Source: Candidatus Moranella endobia PCIT (GTDB lineage: Bacteria > Pseudomonadota > Gammaproteobacteria > Enterobacterales > Enterobacteriaceae). From it: 32,000 bases of DNA. The notes below the pieces were generated by a model. The model saw nothing but the letters and a program-made list of their open reading frames with translations, searched no databases and was not told the origin of the DNA. Positions 1-9,508 of this stretch are shown here, piece after piece. Each line of letters begins with the position of its first letter. The first letter of the stretch is position 1. Made by a program: the position numbers and the translations under genes. The stretch covers positions 240,001 through 272,000 of the forward strand of contig NC_015735.1 of the NCBI RefSeq assembly GCF_000219175.1, in the 5' to 3' direction.

Positions 1-97
1 CCATGTTGTTATAATGAAATTTTGATTGTTTCTATGCCGTTATAATCATCAAATTCCACATATTTTTTACTGATTAGGTTAAAATAAAACATCAACT

Positions 98-2917
98 ATG
101 TACCAAATACAGAAAAAAAATACGTTAATTTTGGTTGATGGTTCTTTTTACCTTTACCGTGCCTATCATGCCTTACCGTCGTTGAATAATATCGCGGGGG
201 AACCAACAGGGGCAATGTACGGCGTATTGAATATGCTTAAAAGCTTGCTTATACAATACCAACCAAGTCATGTAGCGGTAGTATTTGATACCAAGGATAA
301 AACCTTTCGTGATCAATTATTCGAGCATTACAAATTACACCGACCAATAATGCCGGAAAATCTGCGCAAGCAGATCACACCACTGTATGATATGGTTAAA
401 GCAATGGGATTGCCTATACTGTCTATCAGTGGCATTGAGGCTGATGATGTTATAGGTACATTGGCTATAACAGCGGCGCGCGACGGTTGTGATGTCCGGA
501 TAATCACTGGTGATAAAGATATAGCACAGCTGGTATCGTCTAAAATTACCATGACTAATACCTTGGCAAATACCATTATAGGTCCAGAAGAAGTAAAAAC
601 TAAATTTGGTGTACCGCCAGCACTTATCATCGATTATCTGGCGCTAATGGGTGACAGAGCTGATAATATTCCTGGTGTGATGGGAATAGGTAAGAAAACA
701 GCGCAGATACTTTTACATGAAATAGGTGGGCTGGAAACCATATATCAACAGCTTGATAGCATTAGTATCTTGTGCTGTCGCGGCGCCAAAAACATTGCCA
801 CCAAACTCGAGCAACAACGTGATTTAGCGTTCCTTTCCTACCAGTTAGCCACTATTAAAACCGATGTGGTACTGGATTTATCCTATTATCAACTAACGGT
901 AGAAGAACCACAATACAAACTGTTAAGACTATTATTCCAACGTTATGAATTTAAACGCTGGCTTAGCGACTTGAACACTGGTAAATGGCTACAAAAAACT
1001 GATAAAAATGCCGTTACTACGCCGTCACCCTGGGCTGCTACTCGACCAGTAGCTGCTGAAGATCCAAGTGAAGTAATATCAACAGTAAGTTATTCTCAAA
1101 TAACCGATATGGCGACGCTTGACAGTTGGATTAACATGATTCACAACAATGGTGTATTCGCTTTCAATACTGCAACTGACGGACTGGATACTATGACAGC
1201 CAACCTGGTGGGACTATTTTTTGCGGTGAAACCAGGTAAGGTAACCTATCTGCTGTTGGGGCAAGATTATCTGAATGAGCCGCACAAGCTTGACCAAACA
1301 GCGGTCTTAACAGCGCTGAAACCGATACTAGAAGACCCAACTATCAGCAAAATAGGCTTTAATCTCAAGTTTGATCAAGGAATTTTAAATCAATATCACA
1401 TTCATTTGGCTGGTATTACATTCGATACCATGCTTGAATCTTACGTTCTGAACAGCGTCGCTGGTAAACACGATATTGCCAGCATTGCGAAACGTTTTTT
1501 ACAGTACACTACCGTGAACTTCGACAAGATAGCTGTTGACCAATACAAGCTGATGTTTAATCACAGTGCGTTAGAACAGACCATAACTTACGCCGCCCAC
1601 GCGGACATAATACTACGTTTGCATCAAACGTTATGGCCGCGCCTTGAGCAGGCAGCGGAACTAAAAAAGGTTTTTGAGCAAATTGACATTCCCCTAGTAC
1701 CAGTACTATCGCGCATCGAGCGCAACGGTGTGCTAATTGATGAACAACTTCTTGCCAAATATTCGGTGGAGCTGACCAACCGCCTGGAAGAGCTGGAACT
1801 TGAAGCACATAAGCTAGTAAAAAAACCGTTCAATCTTACATCCACAAAACAGCTGCAGGCAATTTTATGCGATAAAAAGCAGAAATTGCAAACAATGAAA
1901 CAATACCTGGCAGATACTTCTTTCAATAACAACAAAGAAGAACAAGGAAAAAAAGAAGCGCAAGCCAATATGATACTAGTGATGCTAGCTTATGCGTTGC
2001 AAAAGTTGATTGCGGAATATCGTATTATAGCCAAACTTAAATCAAACTATACCGATAAATTGCCAAAAATGATCAATAAGTTATCGAACCGTATTCACAC
2101 TTCATATCATCAAGCAATAACTGCTACTGGCCGCCTATCTTCGAGCTATCCAAATTTACAGAATATCCCAGTGCGCAATAATGCTGGGCGACGTATCCGG
2201 CAAGCGTTTATTGCACCGCCAGATACGCTTATATTGGCAGCTGATTATTCACAGATTGAGCTACGCATTATTACGCACCTATCAAGTGATCCTGGTTTGT
2301 TAACTACGTTTGCCGCCGGTAAAGATATTCATCGTGCCACTGCAGCGGAAGTATTCGGTCTACCATTTGAGAACGTTACCCAAGATCAGCGACGTCGCGC
2401 AAAGGCTATTAACTTTGGCCTGATTTACGGCATGAGTGCTTTTGGCCTATCGCGTCAGCTATCAATACCGCGATTAGCAGCACAGAAATATATTAATCGT
2501 TATTTCCAGCGGCATCCTGGCGTTTTGGAATATATGGAACTTACCCGCAGACAGGCTACTAGCAAAGGCTATGTCGCGACTATGGAAGGTCGTCGGATTT
2601 ATTTACCTAATATTAATTCTCGTAACAGCATACGCAAGAAAAGTGCGGAGCGCGCAGCTATAAATGCACCTATACAAGGCACCGCTGCCGATATAATTAA
2701 AAGGGCGATGATTGCGGTCGATAGTTGGCTGCAACAGGAAGCACCGCCTATTCGTATGATTATGCAAGTTCATGATGAACTAGTTTTTGAGGTGCATAAA
2801 AATGCGGTAGAAAACGCCAAAGCACGGATTCAGGCACTAATGGAAGGATGTTTTGCACTGGATGTGCCGCTGCAGGTAAAAGTTGGTGTCGGTGAAAATT
2901 GGGCTCAAGCACACTAA
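98..2917 (+). CDS. polA: DNA polymerase I (5'-nuclease plus Klenow-type polymerase; 3'-5' exonuclease motifs substituted)
   Basis: The 939-aa ORF is collinear with E. coli Pol I. It has the 5'-nuclease N-terminus (ILVDGSFYLYRAYHA), polymerase motif A (DYSQIELR), motif B (RRRAKAINFGLIYG), motif C (QVHDELVFE) and the C-terminus GENWAQAH. A TGnTATAAT-like extended -10 lies at 7-15 upstream. Confidence 0.97.
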   Translation: MYQIQKKNTLILVDGSFYLYRAYHALPSLNNIAGEPTGAMYGVLNMLKSLLIQYQPSHVAVVFDTKDKTFRDQLFEHYKLHRPIMPENLRKQITPLYDMVKAMGLPILSISGIEADDVIGTLAITAARDGCDVRIITGDKDIAQLVSSKITMTNTLANTIIGPEEVKTKFGVPPALIIDYLALMGDRADNIPGVMGIGKKTAQILLHEIGGLETIYQQLDSISILCCRGAKNIATKLEQQRDLAFLSYQLATIKTDVVLDLSYYQLTVEEPQYKLLRLLFQRYEFKRWLSDLNTGKWLQKTDKNAVTTPSPWAATRPVAAEDPSEVISTVSYSQITDMATLDSWINMIHNNGVFAFNTATDGLDTMTANLVGLFFAVKPGKVTYLLLGQDYLNEPHKLDQTAVLTALKPILEDPTISKIGFNLKFDQGILNQYHIHLAGITFDTMLESYVLNSVAGKHDIASIAKRFLQYTTVNFDKIAVDQYKLMFNHSALEQTITYAAHADIILRLHQTLWPRLEQAAELKKVFEQIDIPLVPVLSRIERNGVLIDEQLLAKYSVELTNRLEELELEAHKLVKKPFNLTSTKQLQAILCDKKQKLQTMKQYLADTSFNNNKEEQGKKEAQANMILVMLAYALQKLIAEYRIIAKLKSNYTDKLPKMINKLSNRIHTSYHQAITATGRLSSSYPNLQNIPVRNNAGRRIRQAFIAPPDTLILAADYSQIELRIITHLSSDPGLLTTFAAGKDIHRATAAEVFGLPFENVTQDQRRRAKAINFGLIYGMSAFGLSRQLSIPRLAAQKYINRYFQRHPGVLEYMELTRRQATSKGYVATMEGRRIYLPNINSRNSIRKKSAERAAINAPIQGTAADIIKRAMIAVDSWLQQEAPPIRMIMQVHDELVFEVHKNAVENAKARIQALMEGCFALDVPLQVKVGVGENWAQAH

Positions 2918-3042
2918 ATGCATGTATCGTGACTAAGATTACAGCATATTCAAATTAATATAAATTTTTTTGCTGTCATTTGGTCATCCACCTGAAATTT
3001 TGCAAACACTATTACTTGCACAAAGATAAAAATATATTAGCT

Positions 3043-4077
3043 ATGCTTAAAATTAGCGCTGAAATAATAAATAGCCCGTCATCTACTAATAGCTCGTCCG
3101 AGTTGGCGTCGTTTTTGCCCAGTAGATTTAGCGTTGCGCCGATGCTAAACTTAACAGATCGTCATTGCCGTTTTTTTTTGCGACAACTAAGTCGCCGCGC
3201 CTTGCTGTATACAGAAATGGTGACGACGGGTGCCTTGTTGCATGGAAAAGGAGATGATTTAATCTTTAATGAGGAGGAGCATCCTTTGGCACTCCAACTA
3301 GGAGGCAATGAACCGAAAGAGCTGGCACGCTGCGCGAAAATAGCACAACATATGGGCTATGACGAAGTTAACTTAAATGTTGGTTGCCCCTCCGCACGAG
3401 TGCAAAACGGACGTTTTGGTGCCTGTTTAATGGCCGAAACAGCACTAGTAGGGGATTGTATCGCCGCCATGCGCGAGGCAGTATCGTTACCTATCACAGT
3501 AAAAACCCGTATTGGTATAGATATGCAGGATAGCTATGAGTTCCTCTATGAGTTCATCGATACCTGCGCTACTAAAGGTGGCTGCCAGAAGTTTATTATC
3601 CACGCACGCAAAGCCTGGCTTAACGGTTTAAGCCCTAAAGATAACCGTAAAATTCCGCCGCTTGATTATGAAAGGGTGTATCGATTAAAGCATGATTTCC
3701 CGTTGCTACAGATAGTAGTAAACGGCGGAATAACTACTCTGCACGACGCTATAACCCATCTTCAGCAACTTGATGGGGTCATGATTGGCCGCGAAGCTTA
3801 CTACAATCCTGGTCTGCTAATGCGGGTTGACAGCGAGTTATTTAGCGCATTTGATCCATTGCCAACTCAAGCGGCCGTGATTAACGCTATGTTACCTTAT
3901 ATAGAATACGAACTATTACATGGCACTACTCTGATTAAAATTACCCGTCACATGCTTGGGCTATTTCAGGGAATGCCTGGTGCCAAGCATTGGCGGCGCT
4001 ATTTAAGCGAATATGCTAACCACCCTGGCGCGGATACTGATGTATTGATTAAAGCTCTATCCTACATACAGCGTTAA
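3043..4077 (+). CDS. dusA: tRNA-dihydrouridine synthase A
   Basis: The ORF is collinear with E. coli DusA (RFSVAPMLNLTDRHCRFF, YTEMVTTGA, NLNVGCPS, HMLGLFQGMPGAKHWRRYLSE). ATG 3043 fits the ortholog N-terminus better than the TTG at 2980 used by the ORF track. Confidence 0.93.
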   Translation: MLKISAEIINSPSSTNSSSELASFLPSRFSVAPMLNLTDRHCRFFLRQLSRRALLYTEMVTTGALLHGKGDDLIFNEEEHPLALQLGGNEPKELARCAKIAQHMGYDEVNLNVGCPSARVQNGRFGACLMAETALVGDCIAAMREAVSLPITVKTRIGIDMQDSYEFLYEFIDTCATKGGCQKFIIHARKAWLNGLSPKDNRKIPPLDYERVYRLKHDFPLLQIVVNGGITTLHDAITHLQQLDGVMIGREAYYNPGLLMRVDSELFSAFDPLPTQAAVINAMLPYIEYELLHGTTLIKITRHMLGLFQGMPGAKHWRRYLSEYANHPGADTDVLIKALSYIQR

Positions 4078-4144
4078 ATTCAACCTGCTGCTTAATGTAC
4101 TGAAAACTGAAAATAACAAATAAATATAAATCAAGCTGTTTTGA

Positions 4145-4227
4145 TACCCGAGACGAGATTTGAACTCGTACAGCCCAAGGCTAAGGGATTTTAAATCCCC
4201 TGTGTCTACCAATTCCACCACCCGGGT
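4145..4227 (-). tRNA. leuZ: tRNA-Leu (anticodon UAA), long variable arm
   Basis: The reverse complement reads ACCCGGGTGGTGGAATTGGTAGACACAGGGGATTTAAAATCCC...GTTCAAATCTCGTCTCGGGTA, close to E. coli leuZ. The anticodon loop is TTTAAAA. The 3' tail after the discriminator is TCA, so CCA is not encoded. Confidence 0.9.
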
Positions 4228-4260
4228 ATAGACTACTCTGGTATAGGGTATATAAAACAT

Positions 4261-4334
4261 TGGAGGCGCGTCCCGGAGTTGAACCGAGGTGGACGGATTT
4301 GCAATCCGCTGCATGGCCACTCTGCCAACGCGCC
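4261..4334 (-). tRNA. cysT: tRNA-Cys (anticodon GCA), CCA encoded
   Basis: The reverse complement reads GGCGCGTTGGCAGAGTGGCCATGCAGCGGATTGCAAATCCGTCCACCTCGGTTCAACTCCGGGACGCGCCTCCA. The acceptor stem is GGCGCGT/ACGCGCC and the anticodon loop is TTGCAAA. Order and orientation match the E. coli cysT-leuZ pair. Confidence 0.92.
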
Positions 4335-4360
4335 GGTATCACTTTTTAAAAAAGTGTGTA

Positions 4361-4400
4361 ATTATGTCTTGCCTGAGCAGCCATGGCAAGATTTTTTTTA
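4361..4400 (-). promoter_or_regulatory. Candidate sigma70 promoter with upstream A-tract for the cysT-leuZ tRNA operon
   Basis: The minus strand reads TAAAAAAAATC-TTGCCA-(17 nt)-CATAAT. The -10 hexamer ends 26 nt upstream of the mature tRNA-Cys 5' end. This is a motif match only. Confidence 0.4.
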
Positions 4401-5022
4401 GTTTAGTAAGTGGAATAGTTGCCTCACAACTAATCCATATGCTGACATTAAATATATATCTGATACCGAACACTATTCCGCTTATACCTTTTGCCATGGG
4501 ATATTGGACTAAGTGGTGTTTTCCGGTCTCGCTGGCAAATGCTTAACCAGAAATAAGCTATGAATAAGCTCACCCTTCCTCAAACCTACAAAGTGAAATA
4601 GTGAATTAACATCCCAATAATTTTCCTAGATTGGAAAAAAAACATGTCAATCTAGGATATCAGAATAAGTAAAGTTTTGCGTAAACCGCGTGCTATCGGT
4701 GGAATCGTTAGTTGCACATCTCGCTTGTTCATCATATAATAAATATTTTGTTATTATGCGATTAATACGGTTTAATCGGTCAACTAATCGCTTTGTAGCA
4801 GATACCCACCATACGCTAATTTTCAAGTAAGAACGATAAACACAACAGGATACAAACCAGTGATTTTACAAATTCATAATACAACTGGTTAAGTCTGCTC
4901 GCATATGGCAGCAAATATTGATCGTGTGCGCCCAGTTGCTGAATGATAGCCATAAAATAAAGGTATACTAATACTTTATTCGTATTTGGAATTACATTCA
5001 CTTTCAAACCGTGCGGATTAAC

Positions 5023-5928
5023 ATGCAATCTTTTGATCCCAAAACATTTCAGGGTCTTATTTTTACACTCCAAAATTATTGGTCTCTTCAAGGCTGCACC
5101 ATCGTACAGCCAATCGATATGGAGGTTGGAGCGGGGACTTCACATCCTCTAACCTGTTTGCGAGCACTTGGCCCTGAACCAATTGCTGCCTCTTATGTGC
5201 AACCTTCTCGCCGTCCTACCGATGGCCGCTATGGGGAAAATCCCAACAGATTGCAACATTATTACCAGTATCAGGTAATCATCAAACCTTCACCGGAGAA
5301 TATTCAGGAATTATATCTTGGCTCACTGCAAGAAGTTGGCCTAGATACCACCATTAACGATATACGTTTTGTAGAAGACAACTGGGATAACCCAACATTG
5401 GGAGCCTGGGGTCTTGGCTGGGAAGTATGGTTGAACGGTATGGAAATGACGCAGTTTACCTATTTTCAGCAAGTTGGCGGGCTAGACTGCCGGCCAGTAA
5501 CGGGAGAAATTACCTATGGTCTTGAGCGTCTTGCTATGTATCTGCAAGAAGTCGACAGCGTGTATGACCTGGTATGGAGCAATGGCCCACTAGGCATTAC
5601 TACCTATGGTGACTTCTTCCATCAAAATGAAGTAGAACAATCCACCTACAATTTTGAATACGCAGACGTTGGTTTTCTGTTCACATGTTTTGAACAATAC
5701 GAAAAAGAAGCGCAAACCATGCTTGCATTAGAAAAACCACTGCCTCTTGCAGCCTATGAGCGCATACTTAAAGCGGCGCACAGTTTTAATTTGCTGGAAG
5801 CACGCCAGGCGATTTCTGTCACGGAGCGCCAATGTTATATTATGCGCATCCGTACTTTAACTAAAGCCGTTGCTGAAGCCTACTACAGTTCACGAGAAGT
5901 ACTTGGTTTCCCCATGTGCAAAAAATAA
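5023..5928 (+). CDS. glyQ: Glycine--tRNA ligase alpha subunit
   Basis: [20 protein letters not shown]... is near-identical in layout to E. coli GlyQ through to ...GFPMCKK. ATG 5023 aligns with the ortholog start. The ORF-track start at 5011 is a GTG extension. Confidence 0.97.
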   Translation: MQSFDPKTFQGLIFTLQNYWSLQGCTIVQPIDMEVGAGTSHPLTCLRALGPEPIAASYVQPSRRPTDGRYGENPNRLQHYYQYQVIIKPSPENIQELYLGSLQEVGLDTTINDIRFVEDNWDNPTLGAWGLGWEVWLNGMEMTQFTYFQQVGGLDCRPVTGEITYGLERLAMYLQEVDSVYDLVWSNGPLGITTYGDFFHQNEVEQSTYNFEYADVGFLFTCFEQYEKEAQTMLALEKPLPLAAYERILKAAHSFNLLEARQAISVTERQCYIMRIRTLTKAVAEAYYSSREVLGFPMCKK

Positions 5929-5953
5929 ATCAGGAGCAAGTAAAAAAAACGAG

Positions 5954-8023
5954 ATGATTCAAAAAACTTTTTTAGTAGAAATCGGCACGGAAGAACTACC
6001 GCCGAAGGCTTTGCGTGTTTTGGCTGAAGCATTCGCTACTCAAATAAACATTGAATTTAATTCAGCCAGCGTTAACCACGGCGAAGTTAGTTGGTTTGCC
6101 GCGCCCAGGCGACTAGCTGTCAAGGTTTCCGGGATAGACTGCCACCAGGCGGCTAATCGATACGTTGAGAAACGCGGTCCTGCCATTTTCCAAGCGTTCG
6201 ACGCCGCTGGTAATCCTACTAAAGCTGCCAAGAGTTGGGCAAATAGTTGCGGCATTACGCTCGATCAGGCGGAACAGCTAACAACCGAGAAAGGAGAATG
6301 GCTGGTTTACCGTGACCGGTTGATTCAGCCTTGGCCTAACTTTTTAACTATGGTGATCAGCGCGCTTAGTAAAATACCGATACCTAAAATTATGCGCTGG
6401 GGCGAAAATAATAACCAATTCATTCGCCCAGTACACACAGTGACAATGTTACTTGACGAAAGTGTGATTCACGGTAAAGTGCTTGGTGTTAACGCTGCCC
6501 GCATTCTTCATGGCAACCGTTTTATAGGAGAATGGGAAATTCATCTAGAGCATGCTGAACATTATCCGCAAGTTCTGCTGACGCGTGGCCGGGTAATAGC
6601 TGATTATTGGCAGCGTAAAGACATAATACGCCGGAATGTAGCAGTAGCAGCCAAAAGGTTAGGTGGTGTGGCTGATTTAAGTGATGACCTGCTAGAAGAG
6701 ATCACTTCGCTGGTAGAATGGCCTGTAGTGCTTACTGCTAGCTTTGAAGAAAAATTTCTGGCTGTACCAACAGAGGCACTAGTTTATACCATGACAGTTG
6801 ACCAAAAATACTTTCCAGTGTATGACTATGCTGGCAAACTAATGCCAAAGTTTATCTTAGTTGCAAATATAGAGTCGACAGATCCGCAAAAGATTATTAA
6901 TGGCAATGAAAAAGTTTTGCGCTCACGTTTTACTGACGCGGAGTTTTTTTTCAATACCGACCGAAAAAAACGGTTGGAAGAGCGTCTTTCTAGCTTAGAT
7001 ACAGTGTTATTCCAAAAACAGCTTGGCACTATGCGAGATAAGAGCGATCGAATTGAATCCTTAGCAACTTGGGTAGCAGCCCGTATTGGCGCAAATGTGC
7101 AACAGGCAGCGCGCGCTGGTCGGTTGTCAAAATGCGACCTAATGACAAAAATGGTGCTGGAATTTACTGACATACAGGGTGTGATGGGCATGTATTACGC
7201 ACGCTATGATCAAGAACCAGAAACAGTCGCACTGGCGCAAAAAGAACAATACCAACCGCGATCTTCTAAAGATGCGCTACCCACCACGCTAGTGTCATGC
7301 GCGGTAGCCATTGCCGACAAGATGGACACGCTAGTCGGTATTATCGGTATCGGCCAGCATCCTAAAGGGGATAAAGATCCATTCGCTATGCGCCGTGCCG
7401 CACTTGGTGTGTTGCGTATTATAGTAGGAAAACAGCTACCACTTGACTTAAAGATGTTAACGGAAGAAGCGGTACACCTATACCTTGACAAACTGAACAA
7501 TAATCAGGTGGTAAATGACGTTATTGATTTCATGCTCGGCCGTTGCCAAGCTTGGTATCAAGATCAGGGACATAGAATTGACACTATTCAAGCGGTGCTA
7601 GCACGTCGCCCAACCAGACCCATGGATTTTGACGCAAGGGTACGCGCGGTTAGCTATTTTAGACAATTAGAGGAAGCAGCTGCACTAGCTACAGTTAACA
7701 AGCGAGTATCTAATATTTTGGCGAAAGCTGTTGATCATCCCATCAACACAGATATGCAAGTATCGTTACTTTATGCTCAAGCAGAGATTACGCTAGCAAC
7801 CAAGTTGGGGATATTGCGTGAAAAACTACAGCCAATGTTCGAGGATGGTTTATATCAGGATGCGCTCGTAGCGATGGCGGCGCTGCATCAGCCTATAGTT
7901 GAATTTTTTGATAATGTGGTGGTTATGTCAGAGGATAAGCAGATCAGAATAAACCGCCTGACATTACTTGCACAGTTACGTGAACTATTCTTACAGGTTG
8001 CCGATATTTCGCTACTGCAATAG
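5954..8023 (+). CDS. glyS: Glycine--tRNA ligase beta subunit
   Basis: [20 protein letters not shown]... is collinear with E. coli GlyS to the C-terminal ADISLLQ. The ORF-track start at 5870 overlaps the glyQ 3' end and is an artefactual extension. Confidence 0.97.
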   Translation: MIQKTFLVEIGTEELPPKALRVLAEAFATQINIEFNSASVNHGEVSWFAAPRRLAVKVSGIDCHQAANRYVEKRGPAIFQAFDAAGNPTKAAKSWANSCGITLDQAEQLTTEKGEWLVYRDRLIQPWPNFLTMVISALSKIPIPKIMRWGENNNQFIRPVHTVTMLLDESVIHGKVLGVNAARILHGNRFIGEWEIHLEHAEHYPQVLLTRGRVIADYWQRKDIIRRNVAVAAKRLGGVADLSDDLLEEITSLVEWPVVLTASFEEKFLAVPTEALVYTMTVDQKYFPVYDYAGKLMPKFILVANIESTDPQKIINGNEKVLRSRFTDAEFFFNTDRKKRLEERLSSLDTVLFQKQLGTMRDKSDRIESLATWVAARIGANVQQAARAGRLSKCDLMTKMVLEFTDIQGVMGMYYARYDQEPETVALAQKEQYQPRSSKDALPTTLVSCAVAIADKMDTLVGIIGIGQHPKGDKDPFAMRRAALGVLRIIVGKQLPLDLKMLTEEAVHLYLDKLNNNQVVNDVIDFMLGRCQAWYQDQGHRIDTIQAVLARRPTRPMDFDARVRAVSYFRQLEEAAALATVNKRVSNILAKAVDHPINTDMQVSLLYAQAEITLATKLGILREKLQPMFEDGLYQDALVAMAALHQPIVEFFDNVVVMSEDKQIRINRLTLLAQLRELFLQVADISLLQ

Positions 8024-8233
8024 ATCAAAGTAGAAGTGCTGTAATATTTATTTATTCTACATGCCATTATTACATGACATTGTTGGTTTTATCTCTTAAT
8101 AATATTATTAGCTCACAGGAATACTATGCCAGTTACATATTCTGCGAACGGAAAAGTAAGTAACTATTGTTTTGATTTCGATAGCTTATTGTTTTGTTCA
8201 GTAGACGCCATAACCAATTCTATCTAGTTAACG

Positions 8234-8335
8234 CTACCCACTGCTAGTATTTTCTAGATGCTCAATAGCCAGCGCAGTAATGATGCCTAATGCGCAGGCC
8301 AACAGCGTGCCTAAAATCCAGGTAAAATACCACAT
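8234..8335 (-). CDS. cydX: Cytochrome bd-I oxidase small subunit CydX (33 aa)
   Basis: This ORF is absent from the supplied ORF track (too short). The minus strand encodes MWYFTWILGTLLACALGIITALAIEHLENTSSG, versus E. coli CydX MWYFAWILGTLLACSFGVITALALEH... It starts 16 nt after the cydB stop and is preceded by GGAG. Confidence 0.85.
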   Translation of the reverse strand: MWYFTWILGTLLACALGIITALAIEHLENTSSG

Positions 8336-8351
8336 TTTCTAGCTCCTTTAC

Positions 8352-9497
8352 TCAATAAAGCGAATGCGTATTTTGTTCAATATGCTCTTTGGTAATGCGA
8401 CCGAACATTTTGTAATAGCACCAAATGACATATAACAGCACAATAGGCAAGAATATGCTTACTACTACTGTCATAACTTTCAACGTTTCATAGCTAGATG
8501 TAGCGTCCCATAAGGTAAGGCTAGCCTTAGCCATCGTACTTGATGGCATTATGAATGGGAATAAAGTTATTCCTGTGGTCAATATGATGCAAGTAACGGT
8601 TAATGAGGAACAAATAAAAGCCCAGGCACTACATCCAATTCGGCTAAATAAGATAGTTAGCAGTGGCAGTAACACGCCCAGCATCGGCACAATCCATAAA
8701 GTATGATAATATTGGTAATTAGCCATCCAAGCTCCGGCTTGATGCACTACTTCTTTATTTAACGGGTTTGACTGTGCGACTCGATCGATCACAGAGGTCA
8801 CGGTAAAACCTTCTATGCTGTTAACAACCCAAATACCAGCTATCAGGAACGTCAGTAAGGTAACCAAAGCGGTAATTTGGGTAATAACGCGCATCTTCAA
8901 CTGCAAATCACCGCTAGTGCGCATTTGAAGATATGTACCACCCTGAGTCAGGAACATCATAAGACTGACAATACCCGCCAGTAGGCTAAATGGGTTAATT
9001 AACTGAAAAAAATTACCACTGTAATACAAACGCATATACTCATCTAAGTAAAATGGTACGCCCTGCAGTAGGTTACCAAAAGCTACCCCAATCACCAACG
9101 GGGGAATAAAACTACCAAGGAAGATGCCCCAATCCCAAAGATTACGCCAGCACTCATTATCAATTTTAGATCGGTAATCGAAACCAACCGGACGGAAAAG
9201 AAGCGATACTAGTAACAAAATCATGGCGATGTAAAAGCCAGAGAATGCTGCAGCATAAACCATGGGCCAAGCAGCAAACATTGCACCGCCAGCCGTGATC
9301 AGCCACACCTGGTTACTGTCCCAGTGCGGTGCAATAGTATTGATCATAATCCTCCGTTCAAGATCGTTGCCGCCAAACAGACGCATTAACATGCCAACGC
9401 CCATATCAAATCCGTCGGTGACTGCAAAGCCAATTAGCAACAAACCAATGAGTACCCACCAAACAAAACGCAATACTGCATAATTAAACATAGTCAT
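8352..9497 (-). CDS. cydB: Cytochrome bd-I ubiquinol oxidase subunit II
   Basis: This is a 381-aa polytopic membrane ORF directly downstream of cydA. Its start (MTMFNYAVLRFVWWVLIGLLLIGFAVTDGFDMGVG) and end match the CydB layout. Confidence 0.95.
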   Translation of the reverse strand: MTMFNYAVLRFVWWVLIGLLLIGFAVTDGFDMGVGMLMRLFGGNDLERRIMINTIAPHWDSNQVWLITAGGAMFAAWPMVYAAAFSGFYIAMILLLVSLLFRPVGFDYRSKIDNECWRNLWDWGIFLGSFIPPLVIGVAFGNLLQGVPFYLDEYMRLYYSGNFFQLINPFSLLAGIVSLMMFLTQGGTYLQMRTSGDLQLKMRVITQITALVTLLTFLIAGIWVVNSIEGFTVTSVIDRVAQSNPLNKEVVHQAGAWMANYQYYHTLWIVPMLGVLLPLLTILFSRIGCSAWAFICSSLTVTCIILTTGITLFPFIMPSSTMAKASLTLWDATSSYETLKVMTVVVSIFLPIVLLYVIWCYYKMFGRITKEHIEQNTHSLY

Positions 9498-9508
9498 TCG
9501 CTACTGTC

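Noticed and set aside
328-1968. Antisense ORFs inside polA (328-630, 1557-1808, 1624-1968). Similar antisense or overlapping ORFs lie inside glyS, cydB, cydA, yicC, rsmH, ftsI, mraY, ftsW, ftsZ, lpxC, secA and nifJ.
   Set aside because: Each lies wholly within a strongly supported, conserved CDS on the other strand or in another frame. None shows a recognisable family signature, and their compositions are typical of shadow ORFs.
4367-4399. Hairpin TCTTGCC..GGCAAGA followed by T8, read as a plus-strand intrinsic terminator
   Set aside because: No plus-strand gene ends nearby, since dusA stops at 4077 and two minus-strand tRNAs lie in between. The same bases read well as a -35 / 17-nt spacer / -10 with an A-tract for the minus-strand tRNA operon. 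It is kept only as an alternative reading.
4289-4546. 85-aa plus-strand ORF
   Set aside because: It starts inside the minus-strand tRNA-Cys gene, has no ribosome-binding site or family resemblance, and is most likely a chance ORF.
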